Shown: piece by piece, positions 1 to 9,908 of the stretch
How the letters are laid out: every line of letters starts with the position of its first letter
Numbering within the stretch: position 1 is the first letter of the stretch
Source of the DNA: a virus
IMG/VR virus record: IMGVR_UViG_3300048851_000105
Span: 1 to 64,000 of that record
DNA length: 64,000 nucleotides
Strand: one strand, 5' to 3'
Translations under genes and position numbers: made by a program
The notes under the pieces: model-generated
Database searches by the model: none
Seen by the model: the letters and a program-made list of their open reading frames with translations, nothing else
What the model was told of the DNA's origin: nothing

Positions 1-1
1 G

Positions 2-469
2 GGCGGCGGTGCTGTGCGCGGCGCTCGCTCGAACGTCGACAACATCCCGGCCATGCTCACGGCGGGCGAGGTCGTCGTCCGCAAGCAGGTCGTCGACAAG
101 GTCGGCATGCGGAATCTTCTCGACTTCAACCGCGGCGTGCTCTCCTACCAGGACCTCATGCTTCGCGCGATGGCCAACTCGAACCAGAACAAGAAGAAGG
201 GCTTCACCGGTGGCGGCTCTGGTCTCTCGTTCTTCTACGGAGGCGGCGTCGCTGGAGACTCGGAGTTCAAGGCTCCGCCTCCCGGTGGTGGCGCTACGCC
301 TCCGCCCTCGGCATTCTCGGGAGCGCCTGGAAGCGGCAACGGCGACATGAACTTCGGAGACATCAACATCTACAACCCCGTGGCGGAGACTTCCTCCGAG
401 TCGATCCCCCGGGCGATCCGTCGAACTGCCTCTCTCGGGGCATTCCGGAAGGAGGGCACTGGCTCATGA
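2..469 (+). CDS. Tape measure protein, C-terminal end (5-prime truncated by window)
   Basis: Frame open from window start; NVDNIPAMLTAGEVVV motif and Gly/Ser-rich tail typical of actinophage TMP C-termini; directly precedes Dit. Confidence 0.8.
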   Translation, partial: GGGAVRGARSNVDNIPAMLTAGEVVVRKQVVDKVGMRNLLDFNRGVLSYQDLMLRAMANSNQNKKKGFTGGGSGLSFFYGGGVAGDSEFKAPPPGGGATPPPSAFSGAPGSGNGDMNFGDINIYNPVAETSSESIPRAIRRTASLGAFRKEGTGS

Positions 470-3177
470 TCGAGCAGCGCACCGTCACCCACGAGTGGGA
501 GACCAGCCCCAACGCGAGTCGATCGATCCGTCGTGCCAACGGTCAGGTCGTCGGCACCAACCACATCATCAACCCCGCCGCGGGCGGCTCGTACGTTTCT
601 CTCACTCGGGCTGTAGCGTCCGATCGGCCTCTTGGCAGTCGTCCCAGGTCGTTCCGACTCCCCACCACGAGCAGCGCCTTCTCCGATTTCCCCATGCCTA
701 CGTCCGACAAGCCCGTAGCAGCCCCGGGCGAGACGTGGTGGGGACACGCACTGATTCAGGCGGACTCGACCGTCATCGGCACGCGAGGCGTTCGCCTCAA
801 CTGTCGATTCCTGGACGGCCCTAGCGGTGCGGTTCTGGGCTCTACCAATCAGATCATCTCCACGGCGCCTCAGGGCCTCTTCCGGCGCTGGACGGGAGCA
901 GCCAACGCTAGTGCTAGTGAGGAATATTCCGCGACTGCGAAGCGCACGAACCTGGCCCCCGGTGCTCGCGGGCAGGCGGGGGTGTCTTACGGTACCGGCG
1001 AGACGGTGACTCGCAACATCGCCACGCCTATGCCGAGCCCGAATGGCTCGACGACGGCACTTCGTGTTTCGTTCACCTCAGGACTCGGCAACGTCGGGTT
1101 CAAGATTTCGGGACTTCCCGTGCCGTCTCTGGGGTACGTGTTCATCAGTGCGTGGGTGTATGCGGAGACCGCCGCTCCTCCGTCGATGGCTGTGGCAATT
1201 TCTGGAGTGGCGGCCGGAGGCACGCTTCCTCTGGTTCAGGGCCAGTGGACTCGCATCTGGGGAGTCGTACGGCAGAACTCAGGAACGACCATGGACGCAG
1301 GCATGCGAGCCGCAGGTGGCACGCAGAACGTGGGCTCTTTCCTCGTCACCGACATTCAGATCGAAGTTGTGCCTGGCGCGGCCGTAGATTTGCCGTTGTA
1401 CCCATTCTTCGACGGAGACACCAAGACTCCGCTGAGCGGCAAGGTCCGGTCCTGGGCAGGTGCAGCCAACGCAAGTGCCTCCGTCGAGAGGGGGGCGGAC
1501 AATGTCACTCGTGTCAACTACGCCGTCGATGCCACAGGCGTCGTACATCCGGAGGCGGGCGGGGGATGGCTTCGATCGCGCTGGTGGGCACAAGGCACAG
1601 GCACGTACGCCAGCGTCACCGGCATCACAGATGGCCCTCTTCCGGGCATCACTGCATACGCTCGCAAGACGTGGAACACAGCCTCTACGTCGAGCGGCGA
1701 TACAGGTTTCGAGAATTCGAGGGGAAGTACGAATGGAGTGCCCGTATCGCCTGGCGAGGTCATCTCCATCTCTTCGTACCTGCGAGCGAGTGCGCCGCAC
1801 GGAGTCGCATCGATTCAGATCAAGTGGCTCGATGCGACCGGAGCGGCCATCAACTCCGCCTACATCTCGGGCCCGAACACGCCACTGGCAGCGAATGTGT
1901 GGACGAGACTTACCCTGACTGCCACGGCTCCCGCCCTTACTGCCTACTTGCACATCGTCTCCGACGTGGACGGTAGCGAGCCCTGGCCCGCGGGCTCCAC
2001 CCTCGACGGCACGGGCCTGCTCATCGAGCGATCCGCCACGGTTGGACCGTACTTCGACGGCAGTCTGCCTTCAGAGGAAACGATTGTTCTTCCCACAGGC
2101 ACGGACACGAACATCTACGAACTCCAGGTGGCTCTTACGGCTCCGGCAGGCACTAAGAACATCGACTTCGCCATCAGCCGATTGACCACGACGATCGCGC
2201 CAGACGGTGTCCTCGATGTTTTCTGGGCAACGGAACTCGCGCTCACGAAGATGGCTCCTGGGGTGACGCCGCTCTACTTCGACGGTGACTCGCCTCAGGC
2301 GGTGGACTACGTCAACGTCGAGCGCCCCGGCGCGCTCACTACGGACGAGTGGGTGGAGATCGACGGCATCCCGCTCAACACGCTCGCGTACAACATCACC
2401 ACGTGGGGAGGCGACCGCATCAGCCCTCCGGCCGTCCGCGGCGCCAACATCGTCGTGCCCGGCCGTCCCGGCCAGCAGTTCATGGCGAAGGAACTCGACG
2501 CCAACACCCAGACGCTCAACATGTGGGTCCAGGGCACGGACACGAGCGGGCGACAGACCGATCGCTCGCTCGCGAACGAGTTCGACAAGAACTGGCGCAT
2601 GCTCCGGAATCTTCTTTTCACGCCGCGGAAGCAGCGCCGGATGACCAAGCGCTGGTACGACCCGGTGAGTCGAGCCATCCGATCGGCCACGGGCCTCGTG
2701 TCCTACGGCGGCGGCCTGGAGCCGACCATGACCGGACGCGCCCGTGGGGTGTTCCAGGTGACGCTCGTCGTCGACGGCACCTTCTTCTACGAGACCCCCT
2801 ACGTCCTGCCGGTCTCGACCACGCAGCAGAAGACGTGGACGGTCAACGTCGATGGGGACTGGCGCACGACGGCGATCAAGGCCGAAATCCGCGGTCCTCG
2901 GGTCAATCCGAAGATCACCTTCATCGACCCCTCGGGCGCCGAAATCTGGTTCCAGTACAACGGCACGCTCGTGGCGGGCGAGTACATCGAGATCGACGTC
3001 GACAACTTCTCCGTCATGCTGACCTCGAACAACACGGTGCGCTCCGTGTCCGGCCGACTGTCCCACGGAGGGGACAAGTTCTGGGGCGCGCTCGAACCCG
3101 GCGAGAACAAGATCGTGCTCACCAGCAGTAACGGTGTCGGCGGCGCGATCGTCTCCTACCAGCAGGTATGGTTCTAG
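466..3177 (+). CDS. Distal tail protein (Dit) with N-terminal carbohydrate-binding-like repeats
   Basis: C-terminal EIDGIPLNTLAYNI...VRGANIVVPGRPG Dit-like domain; repeated W.GAANASAS and FDG motifs; ATGA overlap with TMP. Confidence 0.8.
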   Translation: MIEQRTVTHEWETSPNASRSIRRANGQVVGTNHIINPAAGGSYVSLTRAVASDRPLGSRPRSFRLPTTSSAFSDFPMPTSDKPVAAPGETWWGHALIQADSTVIGTRGVRLNCRFLDGPSGAVLGSTNQIISTAPQGLFRRWTGAANASASEEYSATAKRTNLAPGARGQAGVSYGTGETVTRNIATPMPSPNGSTTALRVSFTSGLGNVGFKISGLPVPSLGYVFISAWVYAETAAPPSMAVAISGVAAGGTLPLVQGQWTRIWGVVRQNSGTTMDAGMRAAGGTQNVGSFLVTDIQIEVVPGAAVDLPLYPFFDGDTKTPLSGKVRSWAGAANASASVERGADNVTRVNYAVDATGVVHPEAGGGWLRSRWWAQGTGTYASVTGITDGPLPGITAYARKTWNTASTSSGDTGFENSRGSTNGVPVSPGEVISISSYLRASAPHGVASIQIKWLDATGAAINSAYISGPNTPLAANVWTRLTLTATAPALTAYLHIVSDVDGSEPWPAGSTLDGTGLLIERSATVGPYFDGSLPSEETIVLPTGTDTNIYELQVALTAPAGTKNIDFAISRLTTTIAPDGVLDVFWATELALTKMAPGVTPLYFDGDSPQAVDYVNVERPGALTTDEWVEIDGIPLNTLAYNITTWGGDRISPPAVRGANIVVPGRPGQQFMAKELDANTQTLNMWVQGTDTSGRQTDRSLANEFDKNWRMLRNLLFTPRKQRRMTKRWYDPVSRAIRSATGLVSYGGGLEPTMTGRARGVFQVTLVVDGTFFYETPYVLPVSTTQQKTWTVNVDGDWRTTAIKAEIRGPRVNPKITFIDPSGAEIWFQYNGTLVAGEYIEIDVDNFSVMLTSNNTVRSVSGRLSHGGDKFWGALEPGENKIVLTSSNGVGGAIVSYQQVWF

Positions 3178-3179
3178 GG

Positions 3180-6100
3180 ATGAGCGACGACTACATGGAG
3201 GTCAGTGTCTACGGGCACGAGACTCCCACCGAGCGGATGGACTACGTCCCCAACGCGCTCAGTCCCAAGTTCCTCGAAGAGATCGTCGGCGAGGGAGCGG
3301 GCCAGTTCTCGCTCTCCCTGCTCGACAAGAAGTTCCTCTCGCAGACGTCCCTCCTCGACTACCGCAACGTGGTCAAGTTGTCGTGCGGCGGAGTCGTGCG
3401 CTCGGCCTTCATCATCGGCAACGACACTCCCGACTTCATCGACCAGGCCGAGAACGCCTCCAAGACGACCACCGTCTCCGGCAGCGGCCTGAAGTCTTGG
3501 CTGGAGGGTGCCACTGTCTTTCCCGAGGGAGGGCTGAAGCAGTCCTCCCCGGACAACCGCGTCTTCTCCTGGGCCTCGAAGCGGGGAGCCTGGTTCACCG
3601 CGTCGGAGTGGAAGGCCCCGGTCAAGGTCGAGCAGTATCACATGCAGCCCGACAAGACGAAGCCGGACCTGCGCTACGTCTACTCCCCTGCGGAGTGGCC
3701 GGATGCGCCTCAGGCGTGGTGGGTCTGGTCGCAACTGCCGACCTTCTCGACCGTGGGCGGCAAGCGCATGGGGTCCACGCCCCCGGGCAACGCGTACTTC
3801 CGCTACGAGTTCACGGTGGCCCCCGGCAACGAGGGAGACTACTCACTCTTCGCCGCGGCCGATAACGCCTTCGTGGCGTTCATCGACTCCGCGCTGGCGA
3901 TCGATGCCACAACCCCCGCAGGCATGACGCACCACCGCGAAACCGTGCGATACGACTTCACTCTCGAAGCGGGACCGCACGTGCTCGCGTTCCGAGTCAC
4001 GAACTTCCAGTCCACGTCCCCCAACAACCCGGCCGCTCTCATCGCTGCGCTCTTCAAGGCAGGGGACGCGGACGCTGGGGTGGCCGCCTCTATCGTCACA
4101 GTCACGGGCGCGGCGGGCTGGCTCGTCAACGGCTACCCCACATCTGAGCCTGGATGGACGATCGGCGAAATCTGGACCACCCTTCTCCAGGAGGCGAAGG
4201 ATCGAGGCATCCGGTTCCCGAACTGGGTGATCCCGAACTTCACTGCCGATCTCGACTCCAACGGCGTGCCGTGGGCCGAGCGGCTCCCGTTCTCGTTCAA
4301 CGTCGGTGACACCTACCTCGACGTCCTGCACGTCATGGAGGACCTCGCTGTCGAGTCGTGGGTCGACCCGGACACGTACGCGCTCAACATCGTCCAGAAG
4401 CGCGGCAAGAACAAGAGCGTCGTGACCGACACCGACGACGCCGTGACTCTCCGCGAGGGATGGAACCTCACCAAGGCGAGCAGCCAGGGCGAGGCCGATC
4501 TCACGAATACGCTCCTCATGAAGACGGAGGACGGCTGGGTAGTGGCCGAGCCGTCGAGCACGGCGTCGAAGACCAAGTACGGGCGCCTGGAGGGGTCGAT
4601 CAACACCAGCGTGAGCGGAGTGCTCTCGCGGAAGTTGGCCGACAAGGTCTTCCAGACCAAGGCCTCTCCAGAGGTGGGAACGACCTACGGCCTCATTCCT
4701 CGCCCCGGCGCGGAGCCCTTCAAGGACTTCGGCATCGGCGACTACGTGCTCGCGCCCAATGCGAAGGGCGCCGACGTCGAGCGCCGCGTCATGTCGATCG
4801 CGATCACCGGAGACATCGCGGGCAACCCGCTCTACGCCGTCGAGTTCGACACGATCTTCCAGACCAAGGAGGCCGAGTACGACCGGATGGCCAAGCGCGC
4901 GTCTGGCTCGGGACTCGGCGCTGGGTTCGTCAGCGCGGACGGCGCAGGCAAGGGCGGATCGGCCCCCTCTACGGGCACCGGCACGGGCTACAAGCCTGCC
5001 GCTCCTCGCGCACCTGAGAATCTCTCCGCTGAGTCGACAGGATTCTTCACGAACTCGGGAGCGGCGCGCTCCAAGGTGGTCTTCACGTGGGACGCGACCA
5101 TCGCGGACATCAACGGCGTCGGCATCACGACCATCGATCGCTACGAGGTCCTCGGCCGCGCCGCCGACACCACGGCGTTCCAGAGCCTGGGTGTCGTGTC
5201 CGGTGCGTTCACCACCCTCACCGTGACGAACCTCGCGTCCGACATCGACTGGCTCTTCGTGATTCGAGCCTCCGTCGACAGCACCCGCGTCTCGGAATAC
5301 TCCGACCCCGCGGTGCTGCACCACACGGCCGCTCCTGCCATGCTCATGCCCGCGCCGTCGAAGCCGACACTGACGAGCAAACTCGGCACGGTCACAGTGA
5401 TGTGGAACGGGCTCCTCGGCACGGGAGTGCCTCCCGTCCAGTTCGGCTACGTCTACGCGGAGTACCGCGTGAGTCCGGCGACTGCATGGACGCAGGAGGG
5501 AGCCATCTCCGGCAAGGGCGGCATCGTCGTCACCAACCTGGCCGTGGGCACCTCCTTCGAGGCTCGACTGCGCGCGATCGACAGCCTCGGCCGTGCGTCT
5601 GATCCTTCCGCCAGCACCACGATCGTGGTCAAGGGTGTGGACACGTCTGACCTCGGCCAGGACTTCCAGGACAGCCTCGACCAGATCGAGCAGAACTCCT
5701 CCGACGCACAGACGGCAGCGGGAGAGGCAGCAACTGCCGCTCAGGAGGCCCTGGAGGCCGCTCAGGAGGCCGCAGGCAATGCGGGAGGGGTTCTGTACCA
5801 GGAGGCCGTTCCCACGGCCGAGCAGCGCCGTTTCCTGTGGATCAGGAAGTCGGACAAGAAGGCGTTCGTCTGGGACGCTACTCTCGCCACGCCTGCCTGG
5901 GTGGAGTCGACGGACCCTCGCGTCATCACGGCCGCGACGAACGCAGCGAATGCACTCGATGCCGCCACGCGCGCCGAGAACACCGCGAACGCTGCGGCCG
6001 GTCAGGCAGGCCAGGCGCTTACGGCCGCCAACGGCAAGAACCGCGTCTGGTACCTGGCCACGCCTCCGGCAGGCACGGGTCACAAGATCGATGACACGTG

Positions 6101-8168
6101 GTTCGACACCGACGACGGCAACCGCATCTACAAGTGGGACGGCGACTCGTGGGAGGTCGTCCCGCTCGGCACGAACGCCATCGCGGACCTCGCGATCACG
6201 AACTCCAAGATCGGCAACCTCGACGCAGGCAAGATCACCACGGGCTTCCTCGACGCTGGACGCATCCAGTCGGCGTCGATCTCGTCGCGCATGCTCGCTG
6301 TCGGAGATTTCAAGAATTACCTGGAGGGCTCCGACTTCGAGGGAGATGCCGCCTCGATTCCGTGGACGAACATCCCGGACGCCAACGCGCTCCTCTCGGT
6401 GAACGTCAAGCACAACGGTGCCAAGAGCGTCCAGTTGCTTCCCACGGGCCCCTACCAGGCTCCTCCGGTCACCACGGTGACCACCATCCAGCGCAACATG
6501 TTCACCAACCCAGAGGCGCAGAACGACACGGTTGGATGGGCGAGCGTTGCAGGCAGGTTGCTCACACGAGGAAACCTCGCTACGGTGGACCGCTTCCAGG
6601 GAGCCCCTACCGCGGTCTGGTTCTACCCCGGCCTGAACACCGGCTCGGCTACTCGACTTCGCACCGTGCCGTTCGTTGTGCCCGGCTCCGTCGTGTCGTT
6701 CTCCCTCGGTCTTCGGATCAACATCACCAAGGCACTCACGATCGCAGTGACGTTCATGACGGCCTCGGGAGCAGCGGACGCGGGGGCCACTCGCTACCTC
6801 GCACCCACCGTGACGCAGAGCCCGAACGTGTGGCGCGCGTGGAAGATGGAGAACCTCCAGGTTCCTCCGGACGCCAACCGCATGGTCATCGAGATTTTCA
6901 CCCCCTCGGGCGGAGGCTGGGACAGCGACAACCGCTACATCATCGCCACGGCCGTCATGCTCAACGAGGGTTCAGCCGTCCTGCCGTACTTCAACGGCAA
7001 CTCGGCGAGCACCACCGTCGACAATGGCACAACCACCACGACAACGACTCATGCGTGGACAGGTACGGCAGGCAACTCGTCCTCGACGAAGACGATCGTC
7101 ACCGAGACCATCGGAGAGGCCCCCGAGCAGCCCAACCGACTCTACGCAGCGAGCGTGGACATCCCGGTCCAGGTGGACCAGACGTTCGTCCTCACAGCGT
7201 GGATTCGAGGCGCGAACCAGTACAACGGCGACGCCTCCGGGGCCTACCTGGAGATCAGAGACGCCGAGACCTTCACCTCACTGGGTCGTGTTCTGATTGG
7301 CCGCGCCGCGGTGCCTGCCGACTTTGTCTGGACGAAGGTGTCGTGCACGGTCAAGGTTCCGGCCGGGACGAACTTCATCCGGCCGCACATCCGCGTGAAT
7401 CACACCCGAGGATTCCTCTACATCGACGACATCGCGTTCAAGAATGGCGCTGGTGTGCTCATCGAGGATGGCGCGATCACGGCCCCACTCATCGCCGCCA
7501 ACGCGATCACGGCAGACAGCATCGCCGCAGGCGCCGTCCAGACTGAGCAACTCGACGCCTATGCGATCACGTCGAAGCACACCATCACGGGCGCGCTCAT
7601 CCGCACGGCTGAGTCTGGCGCCCGCACGGAGATGAACGCCTCGGGTCTCCGGGTCGTCGGGTCGGACAACACCGACCTCGTGCGCCTCGGCTTCAACCAG
7701 GCCACGGGTATGTCGATCAAGGACCCGAACACGGGCCTGCTCACGCCGCTGGCCAACATGGCCTTCGGCACCTCGTTCTTCTTCCGCACGGCCGGACTGG
7801 CGATCCCCACCACCGCGGCGGAGAACACGTGGAGCGCGTACGTCAACGAGACCTTCGGCGGGCAGTACAACGCTCCGTCGTCGCGCGCTCTCGTCATCTA
7901 CACGGCTCTGGCCGCCAACCAGACGGTGACGCAGAACTTCAACATCGGCGGTACGCTCGACTTCATCCCCTCGTCGAACAACCCGTCGTACGTCCGCTTG
8001 AAGGCAGACATGTGGGTCACGTGGACTTCGGGCATGTACATGGGCGTCATCTCCACCGTCCCCGGCGAGACGTACACCGTGCGCAACTCGTACCGGTCCC
8101 AGCGGACGTTCTCCGGAACGGGCACCCCGAGCGTGATCGACCGCGGTTGTGTCGTCATCCCGATGTAG
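3180..8168 (+). CDS. Large minor tail / central fibre protein (Tal/gpJ-like with FN3 and CBM-like domains)
   Basis: About 1660 aa after Dit; FN3-like segments (APENLSAES...VVFTWD...YEV; PSKPTLTS...YEARLRAID); IADLAITNSKIGNLDAGKITTG host-specificity-type repeats. Confidence 0.85.
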   Translation: MSDDYMEVSVYGHETPTERMDYVPNALSPKFLEEIVGEGAGQFSLSLLDKKFLSQTSLLDYRNVVKLSCGGVVRSAFIIGNDTPDFIDQAENASKTTTVSGSGLKSWLEGATVFPEGGLKQSSPDNRVFSWASKRGAWFTASEWKAPVKVEQYHMQPDKTKPDLRYVYSPAEWPDAPQAWWVWSQLPTFSTVGGKRMGSTPPGNAYFRYEFTVAPGNEGDYSLFAAADNAFVAFIDSALAIDATTPAGMTHHRETVRYDFTLEAGPHVLAFRVTNFQSTSPNNPAALIAALFKAGDADAGVAASIVTVTGAAGWLVNGYPTSEPGWTIGEIWTTLLQEAKDRGIRFPNWVIPNFTADLDSNGVPWAERLPFSFNVGDTYLDVLHVMEDLAVESWVDPDTYALNIVQKRGKNKSVVTDTDDAVTLREGWNLTKASSQGEADLTNTLLMKTEDGWVVAEPSSTASKTKYGRLEGSINTSVSGVLSRKLADKVFQTKASPEVGTTYGLIPRPGAEPFKDFGIGDYVLAPNAKGADVERRVMSIAITGDIAGNPLYAVEFDTIFQTKEAEYDRMAKRASGSGLGAGFVSADGAGKGGSAPSTGTGTGYKPAAPRAPENLSAESTGFFTNSGAARSKVVFTWDATIADINGVGITTIDRYEVLGRAADTTAFQSLGVVSGAFTTLTVTNLASDIDWLFVIRASVDSTRVSEYSDPAVLHHTAAPAMLMPAPSKPTLTSKLGTVTVMWNGLLGTGVPPVQFGYVYAEYRVSPATAWTQEGAISGKGGIVVTNLAVGTSFEARLRAIDSLGRASDPSASTTIVVKGVDTSDLGQDFQDSLDQIEQNSSDAQTAAGEAATAAQEALEAAQEAAGNAGGVLYQEAVPTAEQRRFLWIRKSDKKAFVWDATLATPAWVESTDPRVITAATNAANALDAATRAENTANAAAGQAGQALTAANGKNRVWYLATPPAGTGHKIDDTWFDTDDGNRIYKWDGDSWEVVPLGTNAIADLAITNSKIGNLDAGKITTGFLDAGRIQSASISSRMLAVGDFKNYLEGSDFEGDAASIPWTNIPDANALLSVNVKHNGAKSVQLLPTGPYQAPPVTTVTTIQRNMFTNPEAQNDTVGWASVAGRLLTRGNLATVDRFQGAPTAVWFYPGLNTGSATRLRTVPFVVPGSVVSFSLGLRINITKALTIAVTFMTASGAADAGATRYLAPTVTQSPNVWRAWKMENLQVPPDANRMVIEIFTPSGGGWDSDNRYIIATAVMLNEGSAVLPYFNGNSASTTVDNGTTTTTTTHAWTGTAGNSSSTKTIVTETIGEAPEQPNRLYAASVDIPVQVDQTFVLTAWIRGANQYNGDASGAYLEIRDAETFTSLGRVLIGRAAVPADFVWTKVSCTVKVPAGTNFIRPHIRVNHTRGFLYIDDIAFKNGAGVLIEDGAITAPLIAANAITADSIAAGAVQTEQLDAYAITSKHTITGALIRTAESGARTEMNASGLRVVGSDNTDLVRLGFNQATGMSIKDPNTGLLTPLANMAFGTSFFFRTAGLAIPTTAAENTWSAYVNETFGGQYNAPSSRALVIYTALAANQTVTQNFNIGGTLDFIPSSNNPSYVRLKADMWVTWTSGMYMGVISTVPGETYTVRNSYRSQRTFSGTGTPSVIDRGCVVIPM

Positions 8169-8183
8169 GAAGGAACACCGATC

Positions 8184-8477
8184 ATGAGCGTGGAAGTTGA
8201 GACCACTCGGCAGGGAATTCGCTACGCCGATGGCACGTACGACTGGAATGCAGGAGCCGCGTGGGGCGACCTCGCGGACGCAGGCACGCAGGAGGCCTTC
8301 TGTGCCAACTACGAGATGCGGATGCGCAGCCTCGGCGCAGAGCCGCGTCCGATCGAGTTCGTGCAGCAGGATGTCGTCACCACGTACGGCGAGGTCTCGA
8401 TCCTCGTCCCGATGTCCCCGACCGAAGAAGGAATCGATGACGGATCAGTCACAGACGCCACGCCAGATTCAGCCTGA
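8184..8477 (+). CDS. Small tail-region hypothetical protein
   Basis: SD (aggaagg) and normal codon usage after the fibre gene. Confidence 0.6.
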   Translation: MSVEVETTRQGIRYADGTYDWNAGAAWGDLADAGTQEAFCANYEMRMRSLGAEPRPIEFVQQDVVTTYGEVSILVPMSPTEEGIDDGSVTDATPDSA

Positions 8478-8682
8478 GGAGTATCCCAGCCTCCTCGCGA
8501 TGTATCAGCAGTGGTACGCCGACGAGCAGTTGAACCGAGCCGTCGTCGAGGTGAGGTTGCAGACGGAGCGAGAGCGCTCGGCGGGCCTGGAGATGGAACT
8601 CGCGCGAGCGAACGAGGAACTGCGCATCCTCCGGTCTGTCGTCGTCACGGAAGCCGAGACCGAGGTCGTTCAGGAACTCTGA
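8437..8682 (+). CDS. Small coiled-coil tail-region protein
   Basis: ATG 8437 after gaagaagga; helical heptad pattern. Confidence 0.55.
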   Translation: MTDQSQTPRQIQPEEYPSLLAMYQQWYADEQLNRAVVEVRLQTERERSAGLEMELARANEELRILRSVVVTEAETEVVQEL

Positions 8683-8713
8683 GACTTCGCACAGCGTACC
8701 CTGTTCGTGGGGT

Positions 8714-8772
8714 CTTCTGGCCAATGGTAGGGGGGACGACTTCTGCCAATGGTAGAGGGGACAGGGTAGGGG
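8714..8772 (+). repeat. Two imperfect 23-24 bp direct repeats CTTCTG(G)CCAATGGTAG(G/A)GGGGAC plus a third GGGTAGGGG
   Basis: Copies at 8714-8737 and 8740-8762 in the gap before the membrane/holin genes. Confidence 0.75.
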
Positions 8773-8779
8773 AATCGCT

Positions 8780-9364
8780 GTGAAGGAATCAAGAAACGAT
8801 GCTCGTATCGTTCCCCCGCTTCGGGGAGCCGATTACGCGCGCGCTGCGGCGTACCTGTCGCTGGTGGGATGGGGCATCGCGTTCCTTCTCTTCCCGCCGG
8901 TGGCATTCGTGTCCGCGCTCGACGCCGGGACCAGAGTCTTCTGGATCAGCGTCACCATCCTCGGAGCCATCGGCGCCTTCGTCGGGACTCTCACGCGACT
9001 CGACCTGAAGTTGGAACTGGGCTCGCTCTACCCTCTGGTGGCAGGCCCCGGCTTCTACGCTCTGAGTCAGGCCTACTACGTGTTCGTGCCGCAGTTGGAC
9101 GCCAACGGCAATCCGTCCGATCCCACCCAGAGGATCGCACTGACCTTCTTCGCGCTCTTCGCCTTCTTCCTCTCGCTGATGCAGTTGCTCGAACTGCGTC
9201 ACCGGCGCAAGCAGACGAGGCTGGCTCGCACCACATCGGAAGCGATCGAGACGCTCACGGAGGCGCAGCAGGCGCAGCCAGGGGCGTTCCCGGACGTGGA
9301 CCTGGACATCGAAAGGGGGCGCTCTCGTGCTGACGGAACTCCTGGTACTTCTCGTAGCCAGTAG
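8780..9364 (+). CDS. Multi-pass membrane protein (lysis-cassette associated)
   Basis: About four hydrophobic helices; basic C-terminal segment. Confidence 0.65.
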   Translation: MKESRNDARIVPPLRGADYARAAAYLSLVGWGIAFLLFPPVAFVSALDAGTRVFWISVTILGAIGAFVGTLTRLDLKLELGSLYPLVAGPGFYALSQAYYVFVPQLDANGNPSDPTQRIALTFFALFAFFLSLMQLLELRHRRKQTRLARTTSEAIETLTEAQQAQPGAFPDVDLDIERGRSRADGTPGTSRSQ

Positions 9365-9881
9365 TGCTACTCCAGCCCCTGCCCCCGCGGCCCCGGGGAA
9401 TCCGTTCGACCTGAACACCATCATCTCGGGCGGCACAGGCGCCACGATCATCGGCGCGCTGTGGTACATCGGCAAGTCGATCTTCGACCGTGCTCTGCCG
9501 TCTCGCTCTGACGCTCGGGCCTCGACCCAACTCGTGCTCGAAGGCCTGAACAGCATGGTCAAGGTCCTCCAGGAGGACAAGATCGCGGACAGCGAGAGGC
9601 TGGCCGCGAAGCAGAAGCGCATCGACGAACTGGAGTCGGCCGCGGATGTCGACTACGACCGTATCCGTGAACTCCGGGACGAGATACTCGACCTCCAGAC
9701 TCGCCTCAATCAGAAGGACCGACACATCACGACGCTGGTGCGGGAACTCCGCCGGTTCGGGGCCCAGGTGACTGGCCTCGACCTGGAGGACATCGAGATC
9801 ACGCACGAGACGCGCCGCATCCAGCAGTCCATCCCCGAACTGGACGAGCAGGACACCACGGGCCCCACGCCCGCTCGCTAG
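9327..9881 (+). CDS. Membrane-anchored coiled-coil protein (lysis-cassette associated)
   Basis: N-terminal TM segment followed by long heptad region. Confidence 0.65.
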   Translation: MLTELLVLLVASSATPAPAPAAPGNPFDLNTIISGGTGATIIGALWYIGKSIFDRALPSRSDARASTQLVLEGLNSMVKVLQEDKIADSERLAAKQKRIDELESAADVDYDRIRELRDEILDLQTRLNQKDRHITTLVRELRRFGAQVTGLDLEDIEITHETRRIQQSIPELDEQDTTGPTPAR

Positions 9882-9908
9882 AAGATTCCTCACGAAAGAA
9901 GATTCCTC

